Positions 15,988 through 30,196 of a stretch of 64,000 nt of DNA are shown here, piece after piece; position 1 is the first letter of the stretch, and each line of letters starts with the position of its first letter. A program made the translations under genes and the position numbers. The stretch covers positions 496,001-560,000 of the forward strand of contig JAAOMT010000741.1 of the NCBI GenBank assembly GCA_016748015.1, written 5' to 3'. The notes beneath the pieces were generated by a model that saw only the letters and a list, made by a program, of their open reading frames with translations, made no database searches and was not told where the DNA came from. Source of the DNA: Geosiphon pyriformis uo1 (lineage: Eukaryota > Fungi > Glomeromycota).

Positions 15988-17589
15988 ATGAGGGCGGAGG
16001 CGTCGATTGGCATATCAAAAGCTCTAAAATTGCTTTTTATCACATATATTGTATGTTCAGTTTTATACACTGCAAGACACTTTTATTCTGCCTACACTAC
16101 AAACAACGATGGTTTGATAAATACTAGCATACAAACAAAAAATATTTCTGCACGGGATTTGCTGACTTCAGACTGGGGAAAGGATAGGTTGACTTGGGGT
16201 AGGTTACTCCTTTTCTAAGCTAGTTGAAAACTGACGTCGTGATATTGGAAAGTTTCCAAGAAAATTTATTTTATCGGTTATACAAATTCCAAAAGGTACT
16301 GGTGACTTAATGACCGAGGAATTCTTCTTGTCAAAAGTTTTTTCTGAATCGTTGCAACCGTCGCAAGTGGTTCCCTTTTATTTTCGGGCAGAAGAAACTC
16401 CTAAAGATGAAGATATCACAATCACCACTCTGATCACCGCAGACCGATTCACGGTATTTAATCGGCTAGTTAATCGCTATCAAGGTAAATAGTGTATCCA
16501 TTAAAATTTCAAGGTGAAAAAGTTATCCGAGCTTATAATTTAATTCGTTGATTTTTTAGGACCAATCTCAGTTACGATACACGTCATCGACGAACCTGAG
16601 ACGCGTGAAGATTTGCTCAAAGATCTTCATATATTGTATAACTCAAATCCTTTGATGAAGAAATTCGTGGACGTACATTTAATAATGGATAAATTTGAAA
16701 GGCAATTCAATATGTGGCGAAACATAGCCAAATTTTTTGCTCGAACCAATTATATAATGATGTTAGATGTGGACTTTTTCTTGTGTACCAATTTCCGAGA
16801 AAAGATTTTGAATAATGAAGTCATTATGGAAAAATTACGAGCCTTGAATACTGCTTTGGTCGTGCCAGCTTTTGAATATGTGAATCTAGAGGAGGGGAAA
16901 GATCCGACAACCTTCCCTTCAACTAAACAAGTATTGTTGCAAGAAGTTCAATCAGGTCGATTAAATATGTTTCATTCTTCCTGGGTACGAGGACACGGTG
17001 CTACGAATTATTCCAAGTATTACGAGACCCAGGAACTTTTTAAAGTTACCAAGTATCAATACCATTATGAGCCTTATGTCATTTTCCCCCAAAAAACTCC
17101 ATGGTAAGGAAAAATTTAGGATCAGAATTGAAAAAAAAAACATTTTTTTTTTTAATCTTAAAAAATATATTCACATATAGGTGTGACGAGAGGTTTATCG
17201 GATATGGAGCAAATAAGGCAGCATGCTTATTTGAAATATATATTTCCGGAGTTGATTATTGGGTATTACCAGATGATTATCTGATTCATCAGACTCACAA
17301 ATATCCAGAAAGTGCTCGAAAATATGAGGTAACTTTTAGTCTTGGTAATATGAAAATTCGAATCATCAATGGTCTTCTCTGATGAACAACCTTTTAATTA
17401 CTCATCATATAGCGTAAATACAACAAAAAGTTATATGATCAATTTCGGGAGGAGATTTGCTTCCGTTATGCTCGTAATTTTATTACCAATGGTGAATGGG
17501 AAACCGAAAAGGCAGCAAATCTGAAACAAGAATGTCAGAAAATACGTGGATTTAACCAAGCAATTAGATTTTTTGCCTCTACCGGATAA
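15988..17589 (+). CDS. GT49 glycosyltransferase (LARGE/B4GAT1-like), 5 exons
   Basis: N-terminal TM anchor, FNMWRNIAKFFART, MMLDVDF (DxD), ALVVPAFE, YEPYVI, WCDERFIGYGANKAAC. Confidence 0.92.
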
Positions 17590-18119
17590 CTTGATTGAAT
17601 ACTCGGTAATTGTAAAAAAAAAAACTCTAATTTCGAATAAGGATCTTATACATTCGAAAGCCTTTCGTCCAGCCATTTATTAACAACCGGAATTGGGCTG
17701 GCTTGAAGAAAAATTCCTTACCGAATGAAAATTTCTGGATTGTTTCCTCATGATTGTACCATCAAAAGTATTAATAACTATGTACAACGAACAACAGATG
17801 ACAAAATGAAAATGGATGGTTTTGAAATTTGAATCCCCAATATTTATAAACAATGGGTAATGATAATTTTTTAATAAAATTGGTATAGAAAAATAATTGT
17901 AATTGTAATTTTCAAGTCACACTATTTAGTTAGCTGAAAACTTCTTGGTAGCAAGCCAAATTGAATTTTAAGACACCTGCTCATTAGTTAATTAAATTTA
18001 TTTATTGTATACTTTAAAACATATTATATATATATTGAGTTTTTTTTTTGTTTTTTTTTTAAATGACGGTGTGATCTAAATACATATTAGACGCAGATTA
18101 TGCTTTTTTTAAACGTGAC

Positions 18120-20220
18120 CAGCCACCTGATTTTATTTATTATGCAAATTAAAAATTATCAAAAAATATAAAACCAAAACATATGTGGAATGTTTAAAAT
18201 AAAAAGTTATTATTTTATGATTAAACAACAATTTTTTAGAATTAAAATTTCTATTATTGTTGTTAAATCTATTATAATTAATATAAATAATTTCATTGAA
18301 AAATACTTTATTTAACTTTTTTTATAATTATATAAATTAATTAACAGATTTTAGTTATTTTTTTTTTGAATTTAACAGAATTTACATAGTAAAAATTAAT
18401 ATAAGATTTGATATTTTTAATATTATAAATTAATTCTTTAAAAATTTATTATTAAAAATAAAATTTTAATTATTTGACTAATAAATTTTCAAATATTGTA
18501 TTAAAACTTTTATAAAACTTTTAGGCTTTTTAAAAAAAATTGTTTATTGGAATTTTTAAATTAAAAATTTATTTAAAATTAGCTTTATATAATTTTTAAA
18601 TTAGTTGTAATTTATAATTTAAAATTACATTAAAAAAATAATTTTTTATATATAAACAACTTAAATAAAAATTATTTAATAATATTTTTTTTGCTATAAT
18701 AAAATGTAATTCAATTACAATATTAGTTTTACAAATATATAATATAATTAATATTATAATATAAAATAAAAATAATTTAATATAAATTTTTTTTTTTAAA
18801 TTAAGTTTTAATTTTACAATTTTTTAAACTTAAATTAATACTTTTTATAACATATTTTGCTTTTTTATAGCAAATTGTTATAATTAATTTATATAATCAA
18901 GCAAATTTTGTAAAAATTTTGTTAAAAAAATTAAACAGAAAATAATTATAAAACATATAAATAAACATATATTTTATACACAAAAAATTATTTTACAAAA
19001 AAAATAATATTTATAATCTTATTATTTATTTTAAAATATTTATAATATTTATTAAAAAAAATCTTAAAAAAATATTATTATTAATTAAAAACAATAAAAT
19101 CTAATTTAAAGGTTAATAATTTAAAAATAATAATATGTTTATAGATTTAAAAACTTATTAAATAATATAAAAATAATATATTTTTTAATATATATATTTA
19201 TAAAATTTACAATTTTTTTTGGTATTTATTTTTGTAGCTTGGTTTATATTAATTTTATGTTTTTAATTTTGTTTATAAAATTTATTGTTAAATAAAATTA
19301 TTTTAATCTTTTTGTATTTTAAATAATACTTATTATAAAAAATTAAATTTAATATTTTTATAAATAAAATAATAAAATACATATATATTGTTTATTTTAA
19401 TTAATTTGTTTTATGATAATAATTTATTAAAGTATTTTTAAAATACATATTACATAATATAAATAGAAATGATTATATTTAAACATAATAAATAATTATA
19501 TATTTATTATATATTTAATATTAAAAATATAAATATTAATTTGTTTTAAAACAGATAAAATTAATTAATAATTTATGTTGTTTTTTAAACTTTAAAATAT
19601 ATTTTTAAATTATTATATAATTTTGTATAAACTAATACAATTTTTTTTAAAAGTTTTTAATAAAACAAAACATAACTATTAACAGTTTTTTAAACATATT
19701 TTAATTTATTAATTTTTTTAAAAACTGAAAATATTTAATATGTAAAAATTAACAATTTTTTATTATAATAAATTAATATCTTAGATTATAATAAATTATA
19801 AATAATATTTAAATAATAATAGTTTTGAGTTTCAAAGATTATTTTTTTTTCAAAATTTTGTTTTTATTATTATTATTATTATTATAATTATTAATTTTTT
19901 ATTAAAATTTTAAAAAAAAATTAAAAATTGTTTATATAATATGTTTTTGCTAAAAAAAATAAAATTTGGTTTATTATATTATATATAAATATCTTATTAT
20001 TATTATATTTACTTAAAATTGTTTAAAAATCTTGTATTTATTTATTTTGTATATAACTGATCTTTGTGGTATTACTTATAACAGTTTTAACAATATTTTT
20101 AATTTTATATTTTATTTATTATAATATGATAAAAGAACAGTTTTGTTATAAAATAAAATTTTTTTTATAAAAAATAACCAATTTGTAACTTAATTGTTTT
20201 AATATGTAAAATGCTAATAA
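18120..20220. repeat. Near-pure A+T block, probably an eroded repeat relic
   Basis: C/G almost absent and no ORFs. Contains a copy of a repeat also present at 40.8-41.2 kb. Confidence 0.7.
19255..19680 (+). repeat. Dispersed AT-rich repeat, copy 1 (~430 bp)
   Basis: Reverse-complement match to 40795-41240, e.g. TTTTGTATAAACTAATACAA...AAAAGTTTTTAATAAAACAAAAC. Confidence 0.85.
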
Positions 20221-20320
20221 TAATGACAGTCACACTGACAGCCAATTATATTCAACCCTCAGTTTTTCTCAAGTTTTTCGGATCGGTCATAAGCTTCGAC
20301 TGTTTCCGTTGAGGTCAAAA

Positions 20321-21266
20321 ATGCAGAACCGGCAAGAAAATTTACCCAGAGTAGTTCTACCAGGTGACGCTCTGGCTGTCTTCCAAGACAAATTGAAGTT
20401 AGGTCCTGGACTCATTCAAGATGAGGATCAGATCATCGCGATAAAATGTGGCATGCTGAAACATCAACCCACCGGGAATAAGTATTGGGTAGAGAGCAAC
20501 CAGCGAAGGGTATGTTTCTAAAAGGCTTGAAAGCTCAAAGCAAGAAATCTTTCTACCCCTAGCTAACCCTACTTTCTGTTCAGTATGTACCTGCCACAGG
20601 TGACCCAGTTATAGGGGTGATCACTTATAAAGGTGCAGAAATTTTCCGTGTCGATCTAGGCTCGGCGCATTCGGCCATCTTACCTCCCCTGGCTTTTGAG
20701 AATGCTACAAAAAGATACCGACCAAATCTTAACGTAAGATTTTGTTAAAGGTCTTTCAAATCATACTTGTATAATTTACACGTTTGTTTCGCAACGTAGG
20801 TCGGTACACTGGTATACGCTCGTGTAGCTTTAGCTAATAAAGATATGGAACCGGAACTGGAATGCGTGAATCCGTCTACAGGACGAGCCGATGGGTTTGG
20901 AGAATTGAAACATGGCTTCATGTTCAAATGCTCTTTAGGATTATCGCGGCGGTTAGATACCGGGAGTCGTGAATCTCATTTCTTGAAGAGATTTGTTTGC
21001 ATCAATTCAACGCTCTTCAGCTCTATTCCAATTTATCCCTATTTAATAGATTACTTGATACCGAATCTACAATTTTGAAACATTTGGGTCAACATTTCCA
21101 ATTTGAGGCTGCTATTGGACTCAATGGTCGCGTCTGGATCAATGCGGAGACCACCCTAAATACCATTATGGCCGTTAACGCAATTCTAGAATATGAAAAA
21201 TATCCTGAGGCCGATGCTACAAAGATCGTTACTAAACATCTGGCTAAGATGAGGAATGAAGTTTAA
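20321..21266 (+). CDS. RRP40: Exosome complex cap subunit Rrp40, 4 exons
   Basis: VVLPGD, LKLGPGL, RYVPATGDPVIG, LAFENATKRYRPNL, DMEPELEC, IGLNGRVWI. Confidence 0.96.
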
Positions 21267-21773
21267 AGATATATATAATATATCTTTCATTTACAGCGAT
21301 TAAACATCAACTTTTTCGACATTTGAATGAGACCAAGGTTTGGAGCTAAGTAATTAATTGCGAGTTGAGTATTTAGATTCAATAATTGTTAATCAATAAC
21401 TTTATCCCCCTTTATCTTTGAAGACACTAGCACTGTTAGCTTTTTTCTTTTAACCCGAGATTTTTTTACTTTTAATAGCAAGATGAGGACGATGATTATA
21501 TGAGATACAAATATTCAAACACAAACATTCGAAAATCGAATTAAAATCACCTAGTGTACCGCTTACAGACAACTGCTAACCTATTTACCGAGTTGACTGC
21601 TAATTGAGTTATTCACATGGTTAACGTAATTATCCTAAATATTATTTCCTAAAGTAAAATTCAGCATGACTGATCCTCAATAAGTAAACTAAATTAACAT
21701 CTGAGTAAATTAGCATTATTCAATATCATCTTGGAAAGACCTATTTCGAAAGAAAAAAATATAGCGCGCAGAT

Positions 21774-24441
21774 CTATTCTCCGTCTATTAAATAATCTGT
21801 TAAATCACCCATATTATCTAGATCATTAATATTCAAATCATCATTATCATCCCAATGAAACTCATCAACAATTTTATTTGTGGAAACATCGTTGGAGTTT
21901 TCGTCGGCGGTTTGCTCGTTATGATCTTCCAAATCAATCACAACATCCTTTTTAGAACCCGAATCTTCAGGTTCTGCTTCAGCAACTCCATTCTCTCCGA
22001 TCACATCCTCCTCCACTTCATCGTCATCAACTGTAAATGAATGCTCAGAGATGACGCTCCCAAATTCACTTTTGGATTTGCCATTCGGATGGAGAAACTT
22101 ACAGTCAGGTCTCCTACATAAAACCCCAAATTTGCACTGAAAATACAGTTTTATTAGTTAGTTCATTACGAAATTCAATACCAGGAAGGATAAACAATAA
22201 TGGTATATACATACTGTTATTCCTGTTGAGATTTCCATATCCCAAGGATGAAGGAAATAGCAATCTGCGCGAGTGCATGTAGCACCTTTTCTGCATGGGG
22301 TTGGCACTTTCATTGATTCATCACTAGAAAAGGATTATAATTAAATGATCGAGAAATTGAAGAAAAATTTCTCCCCAAATAAAATTCTTGGTAACATACT
22401 TATAATCAAGATGGAGGTAAGGACAATTTTGGTTAGCACAATTAGGATAATATCTGCACGGTTCTTGTGTTAGCATCACTATTGCGGAGACAAAAAGCAT
22501 TGTTATATAATCAGTAGGTATCCCTTGGTTTTGTGGAACAAAAAGAGAATATGTAAAACGAATCTTACCCATTGCGGGACTTGAATGTGCAAATTTACAT
22601 TTTGGCTGTAGTGAGAAGGATTGAAACCATAGATTATCAAATGTTTTTAATCATTATTTAAAAGGTGATAGGATGACCTACGTTTGTACATTCGGTATCA
22701 TATTTGCATCCTACTTCTAACAACACAGAAGGTGCTGCACCGGTACCGATAGAAGCAGGGCTCGCATGTGCAAATACACAAGTTGGTTTTGCACAAGCTT
22801 CCCCGAATTTACAAAGAGCAGTGGGATTAGCCTGAATGCTTGTTGTTGATGATGAAGTAGTCGTTGTAGGGGCTGCAGGAGGTACTGCGATTAGAGTTGT
22901 TTGCGATGTGTTTGCGCTGGATGTGGTGATGACATTTTTGGGGTTATTGGTTGATTCACCATTAGTTGTTCCCTTTTCACCGTTTTGTTTTAGGACAGTC
23001 GCAGTTTGGGTACTAGAATAACTTGGTTGGTTTGTGCTAAAAGATGACCCCATAGATTGTCTGGGAAGATGGTTTCGTCTCAATGTACTTGGTCGCTGGA
23101 AATTATTCTTAATAAGACTAGGCCCCGGCATAAATGGACGTCTTATGGGGAAGGGATCGAAAGCGTCAGTAGCAGGATGAATATATAAGCAGGTTCTATC
23201 TGAATTCGGACAGTTCGGAAAAGCTCTGAAATGATATTTAAAATTACAAAAAAATGATTTGTCAACAATGTAAAATAACAAAGTTTCTATAAAGTAGAAA
23301 ATATGAATTTTACCCGCATATCTCAGTAGGATGATGGAATTTACATGCTGCTCCTAAATCACAGTTAGGCCAATGTCGACATCTAGAAAGTTTAGGTCCA
23401 AGAACTATGCTATCCGTTATATTATGAGATCCCATCATATCAACATCTGTAATTGGGGGAGCGGGATTGTGGAAAAATGCAGGATTGATATATGCTGTGG
23501 TCATTCCCCCTTTTTTTCCTAATCGATCCAAAACACTTCGAGGTTGAGCGAAAGGTCGTGGTGGCTCAAAGTTGAATTGAGGTGGAAAAGAAAATTGTGG
23601 CTCAGGTAGCCGTCTCTCGTTAACTATGTTTTAGAATATAAATGTTAGAATCTTTGGCGTTTGATATTTATGTATTTTTAATTTCGAGCTGTTCAGACAT
23701 ACAATATCTAGGACGCTCAGGTCTGGGGGGCGTCTCATACATAAGCTCTGGTGACGGACGATCTGGGGTTAACTGCACTACATTAACTCTATCGGGGGTT
23801 AGCTGATTAATTTGTCTTTCAGGAGTGAAATTTGCATTATTCGAACTGTTTCGAGCTGGACTTGAGCGATTATTCATCCGATCCGGAGATTGCCGCTGCA
23901 AATTCCTCTGATTATGTTCACTTGGAATATTATAGCTATTATTCTCATAAGAACGGAACTGCTCAGGTGCAGAATCAGTTTCAATTTTTCTGGCCTTATG
24001 TTGAAAACGATCATCATCTATTCTAAAATCACTAGTTGGACTGTATGGTCGTTTAGCAAGTTGTGCCTTTGTCATATATTCGTCTACGTAACATCATGAA
24101 TAAAAATTTATCAAAATTAGCTGAAGTGTTTTCAGTAAATAAATCCTGAAAATAACTTACCAGCCCTATCCCCATTCCCTTCACTTCGCGCACTTCTACT
24201 TGCGTCTTTTACAGCAGTCATAAAAAGGCGAGAGGTGGTAGTGATAGCGTTTGACCTCCTGTACAGAATGAAATTTTTTAAGAGGAGTGGAGTTAAAACT
24301 TTGAACAAAAACTGAATTATTCAAAAGTTGATCACTCATACGTGAGATAAAGGCGGGGTAGAACCTTTGTGAAGAGCGCCCTCCAACACTAGCAACCACC
24401 GATCTGACGCGTCGTTGTTCAAGAGGTTCGTTGTGATACAT
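21774..24441 (-). CDS. NAB2: Nab2/ZC3H14-like poly(A) RNA-binding protein with 7 CCCH fingers
   Basis: Fingers CRHWPNC..CKFHHP, CGAFPNC..CLYIHP, CKFGEAC..CVFAH, CKYDTEC..CKFAH, CRYYPNC..CPYLH, CRKGATC..CYFLHP and CKFGVLC..CKFLHP, followed by an acidic tail. The start exon is inferred. Confidence 0.85.
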
Positions 24442-27400
24442 TTGAATTGTGAAAAAAGAGTAAGGCAATAGAAAAAAAAGAGAAAAGTGACCGCGTTCGA
24501 TTCAAACCACAATGGTTTTATTTTTTGTTGGGATGTTCGATGGCATACTGCGAAGCTACGAGTAGCAACCAATTAAAAGAAAATCCTTGCGCCACTATGT
24601 GGTTGCAAAAAAAGGATAACAGATGCTGACGATTTTATGATCAAATGACCTTTCGTCATTCTAAACGCAACTGCGCCATAGAGTTGCCACAAGTGTGCCT
24701 CATCAATCGATGCGTGTTAATCTTTTTTTTTTTTAAGTAAAATATAATTTTTGATATCTGGGCGACACACGATACCCTTCATGGCGGGAGCTTAACACTC
24801 AGTGTTTTGTGACCTCCGCGACTTTTGTCTAGGGCAAGAATGCAAGGATACTCTTTTGACCCGTTTGTCCTGTTGGACAGACACCACCATTATACTCCTT
24901 CATTTCCTACCAAAAATCATTATGTCAAGCCAGTTTTTTTCTTCCCGCTGTCAGTCTTGTCAATTTTAACAACATAAACATATTTTTCTGTAGACCAAAA
25001 TTGAAACTATTCGAATTTGTTATTTCGCAGAAATGAATTTTGAAACCCATATCACAAAATACTTGCAGTTGAATAGTTATGCTAAATGTAGTATGCTTGA
25101 AGTTGACGAATAATATTGTCTACACAAGTGAAAGCTTGAATGATATCTCTAATGCATTTAAGGAATGATTAATCAATATTTCAGAGGACAGTAATTCACT
25201 TTTAGGGGCGAAAAAAAAAGCTATTAAACTCTTTTATTGCCTAAAAACAGGCATAACACGTTAAACAGAGATAAAAAATTTCTAGAAAATCAGGATTTCA
25301 AGCTTTCTCAAGTTAGTCACATAAGTGTAGTCTTTATAGGTTTCAAGAAATATTTTTCTGATCCAAATCCAATGATATAGAATCAGCACAAGGCAAAAGT
25401 TGAATTAATAGTAATTATTGACAAAATAATTATCATGAATATTATTTATTTCATTCACAATGAACCAATTTGATATATTTATTGATTCATTATAATCTTA
25501 AGAAAAAAGAAGAATAAATACTATTAGATTTATGATAAAACAATAAAAATTAAAAAATAAGAAAAAAACAAAAGAGAAATAATAAAAGAAAAGTATTTTT
25601 AATCAATGTTTTATAATTTTATTTTACAAAAAGCTGATTTTTTATATAAATAATGCTTTTTAAAATATATAGCATAATTAATTAACAAATTTTATTTTAA
25701 ATTAATTTTTTATTTTATTATCAACTTAGTTTTATAAATATTAAATAAAGTAAATTATGTATATTAATTGTTTTTAAATTTATTTTTACTGAAATAACAT
25801 AATGATATTTATAATAATATAATAAGTTATTTTAATTATTATTATAAAAAAATAAAACCAAAAGTATTACAACAAATAATAGTAAAAAATAATAATATAT
25901 TTATATAATATAATAATATTCATAATTAATTTGTTATTTTAAAGATAAATATTATTAATAACTTTTTATAAATTAAAAAATATATTAAAATTATAACTTT
26001 TTGTAATATATAATATGTAAATTTTGCTTTTAAAATATCAATTAATTTTTTTTAATTTATATTAAATTATAATATTATTATTAATTATATTATATTAAAT
26101 AATAATTAAACTTAATATGTTAAATAATATATATATATATATATTATATTAAAATATATTATTATTATTATTATTATTATTAATTTAATAAGTACAGCTT
26201 AACCATTACTTAAAATCATACAATCATATAAGATCTTATATTAAGTTTAATTTATGCTTTTTTTATATATAACCAGCTACTTAGACCAATCAAAATAGCA
26301 TTATACACCTAAACTATCAATTACAGAAAAGTTTTGCAAAAAACCAAAATGTATACTAATTAAACTAAGATACAAGCTGAAACAAACATAAATATTTAAT
26401 TTGATGCCAAAATCACAAATTATCTTAGAAGACTATAATAAAGCCAAACCAGAAATAACTAAAACCACTAAATTATTATGTGACAAGAGGCCATACTTTT
26501 TATAATCCACACTTAATTTGGTGGTTGATAACTATATGACAGATTTATAATCTTTAACAAAACTTCAGACCAAATTAATGTCCAACAAATTTCTATTAAA
26601 CCCAGCATCCAACAAACTTACTGTATTAGCCATTCACTCTTTCATTACAAAATTTTTAATTAATATCATATATAAATGACCAAAAGATTTTACTTTTTAT
26701 AAGAATTAAATCACCATATAATTAATAATATAGGCACTTAACAAATTAGTCTAAGCTTTAAAAATGGTCAAAATTAAATTTTTTCTGGTACAAATGTCTT
26801 AGATATACAAAAATATATGGTCAAAATCTTCAATTAAACTGTACTAGATATATAATAGACTAAGATAGCTTGACTTATACAATTTTTTTTTTTGACTATA
26901 TGTAGTTAATAATATAAGGCCTTCATAAAATAAAACTAAAACACTACAAAAACAGAGCTGGTAGAATTAGAACAAATTCTATTATTAAGGTGGTAAATAT
27001 TAAGAGTTTGATACATATCAAATAGTTTGCAAAAATTTATATTTACAGTACTATTTGTGCACTTAAATTTTTAACTAACAAAGTTAACAGCTTCAAAAAA
27101 ATATTTTATAAAGTGATAGTCATTTCCAGAAACAGACCTATCTTTAATGACAAGAAAGCAATATAACATTTTAGCAGACAACATAAACTCAAACATGATA
27201 ATAGCATCAGCAAAAAAGTCAATACACTTATTGCTAATAACTCCAGAATGATTTTTTACTTTGTTCTAACCAACTAATAAATTTTTAGATACAATAGTCA
27301 AATGAATATATTTTTTTTTAACTTAGTACTTATCATAAAAATTAAAACTGACAAACTTATCTATTGAAACACATACATTTAACAATGCCTGACTATCCAT

Positions 27401-29542
27401 AAACAACACTACTAAATTAAATACAGAAATACAATTCAAAACAAGAGCAATAGTCTGCAATTCCATTAAAATTAAAAAAAACAAGTCATAAATCTAAACA
27501 CCAATACTTAAATTAATATCTAAAAAGTAAACAGCAGTATTATCATAAATATTTACAAACTCCAAACTTTTGACTGATCAATCTGTATAGACAATTATAA
27601 TATTAGATTCATTTTTTATAAGATGCTTATTAATAAAGCCAAAATCACAAAACAGTTACTAAAAATAAAACATCAAGCCAAAACATTATCATTAACCAAA
27701 TCACTATTTTTAATAAACAAAATTAATGAATTAAACCAACCAAAAACAAAACCCTTAGAATTTAATCTTTTTTATCTGCAAAATGTACTCCATATAAAAC
27801 ACATGTTATAACAGTTTAGAAGTTGATCTGCAAAGACAATACTAAATTTTCTCAGTGAGCTTACTATGTTTATATAATATTTCACACCTAAAACATTTAT
27901 AACAATAATATTGCAACCAGTCCAAAAAACATTAAATACATTATTAATCAAAAACAACTACATAATATTAACATGTTGGTATTACCAGCCAAAAAACAGT
28001 TTATAAAATTGATTAACAATACAATCAGAAAACTAAAAAGTTGTTAAAACATTTAATTAATAGTCTATAGATCTATAGCTTTGTGTTTAAACAACCTGCT
28101 GAAAATACTATCTGAATTGACAAAGATAACTAAACTAGTTAACAAATTTTCAGCCTATATTTGTCCAAATAACTTGAAATTATACAATTTAAGATAAGAA
28201 ATAGCTTCATTGAGAAAGTTCTTAAATAAATTAGCCTTAAGTTTTAGCCCCCTTCTTAATATTTTGTTCTATTTTTTACATACACTTAGTAAAATATAAC
28301 TAAATTGTATCCTATAACTAATAATAAGCTGAAAAACTACAAAGACCAAATATAAAAATTGCTTGTTTAAAACAGCTTTCATTAAAACTATGTTCATAAA
28401 AAACTTAATATCTAAGTAAGTTTTAGTAAAATTTGGTTTAGAAAGATTATTTATAAACAAAAAATATTCAAATATCAATAAAATTTACTTTTTTTCACTA
28501 ATAAAATGCTTGACTTACTAATCAATAATTGAGAAACTTTTATTCTTTAATTAATAGGTATAGGAACCATTTTTTTTATGTTAATTAAAATGTTATTAAT
28601 TTGAAAAAATTCATTAGCTATGTCCAAAATATGTTAAGTAACAGATATGCTATTTCTAATTTAAATAGTTATCTTTAGGATTCTGCTTGTCAATTTTTAT
28701 AAAAAACTTTGAATCCAATTTGTAACTATATAAATCCTCATGTTTTTTGATCTTACAGAACAAAGAGTCATAAAAAATCTTTTACAGCAGTAATAAAAAA
28801 AATTTTTTTTAATCCAAACTATTATGAATAATATATCTATTTATAAGTCTAAAATTAGTCATTATTTAATTGACCTAATTGTTGTGTATACTTTTAAAAA
28901 ACTTATTCAAATAGAAACATATTTTGATCTTAGTCAAACTGTTTTGCAAATAAAATCAACTAACAAAGTTGTATGTTTAAAGAATCAACTATAGCTCTTT
29001 GTTTTTTTTCAGTATATTTTTAATTAATAAACTAATAGCAAAAATCAAAGTCTGAGTAAATGTGCTTTTTAGAACTGAAAAGTTATTTCTACACAAAATA
29101 TCAAATCTATTGTAAAATAAAAAAATTTTATCTGAAAAAATTTTAAACAAAATTTTTCAAGCTGTTTTAATTAAAATTATTGGTCTGGTATTAGTAAAAG
29201 TTTTTTTTCAGTTATATGACTTTGGTATTATAAAAATTCAGATTTGTTTCTACTGTATAGGAATTGCATCTAATACTAAACACACATTAAAAATATCTAA
29301 CAGACCAATTGGCATTTACTTATTACTATGTTTCCAAAGCTTATTAAGGATATCAGAGAGATCAGTGGCTTTTTTATTAGACAGATTTTTGACAACTTAG
29401 AGAAACTCATCAAACTTAATATCACTCATTACCTCTGTGAAAGCATTATTATTAACATAATTTAAGAGAGCATATTGATTAAACCAAACACCAAGTATTA
29501 TACACTCTTTTGTTTATTTTTTCATAATCTTGTTGGTTATAG

Positions 29543-30196
29543 TGTTACGGGTTGGAGTAACAAACTAACGGATAGTAAGAGAGAACAGGATTGTAGGGTG
29601 ATGAAAATAATCAAAGGGGATTCAACTTTAAAGAGTGAATTGAATGAGTATGGATTCAATGTGCGAGATCAGTCTTATAAAATATCTCAGTCGCTATTCT
29701 TTTCAAAGATAACTAAGGAATCTGAAGGTAAAGAGATAGTCCGTACTATCAACAATTAATCACCACTGATATAATTCTATGTCTCATGTCGGCACTCTTA
29801 GAATTCAATATCAGGTATCAACTTGTGTTTTTCAGTCATGTTTATTCAAATAATCTTCAAATGCTACAATTATATACATCAGAAAAAGACCAACAAGTAA
29901 TTTTTTATCCTAAGATGTTCGGATACTTGAAGGTAGGGAAAGGAAAATTAGCAATAAGAGAGTGATTGAGATGAAAGTTGTTATTTTTATTTATTTGATT
30001 CTTGTCTAAGAGATGATTTTCTACAGCTAAGAGACTCATCACTTATATAGCTATTGAAAGTAGTTAACGACCAGGTCAATGGTCAGGTCATTAATCAGGT
30101 CAATGATTACTATCTAAAAATAGAGTGGCTAATTATATGACATCAGTGACTAATACATGTGATAACTAATAAAAATTATGGGTTTCAACTGTAACA
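29543..30196 (-). repeat. 3' LTR (654 bp)
   Basis: Colinear with 36534-37187. Terminal inverted repeat TGTTACGGGTTG/CAACTGTAACA. Preceded on the minus strand by purine-rich GGAGAAGATGA (PPT, 30197-30207). Confidence 0.97.

Noticed and set aside
24844-24851. U12-type donor GTATCCTT on the minus strand upstream of Nab2
   Set aside because: No TCCTTAAC-type branch site or convincing upstream exon found. An 8-mer can occur by chance.
29475-29759. ORFs overlapping the LTRs (also 36747-36956)
   Set aside because: Not open in both LTR copies, antisense to the element, no recognisable motif.
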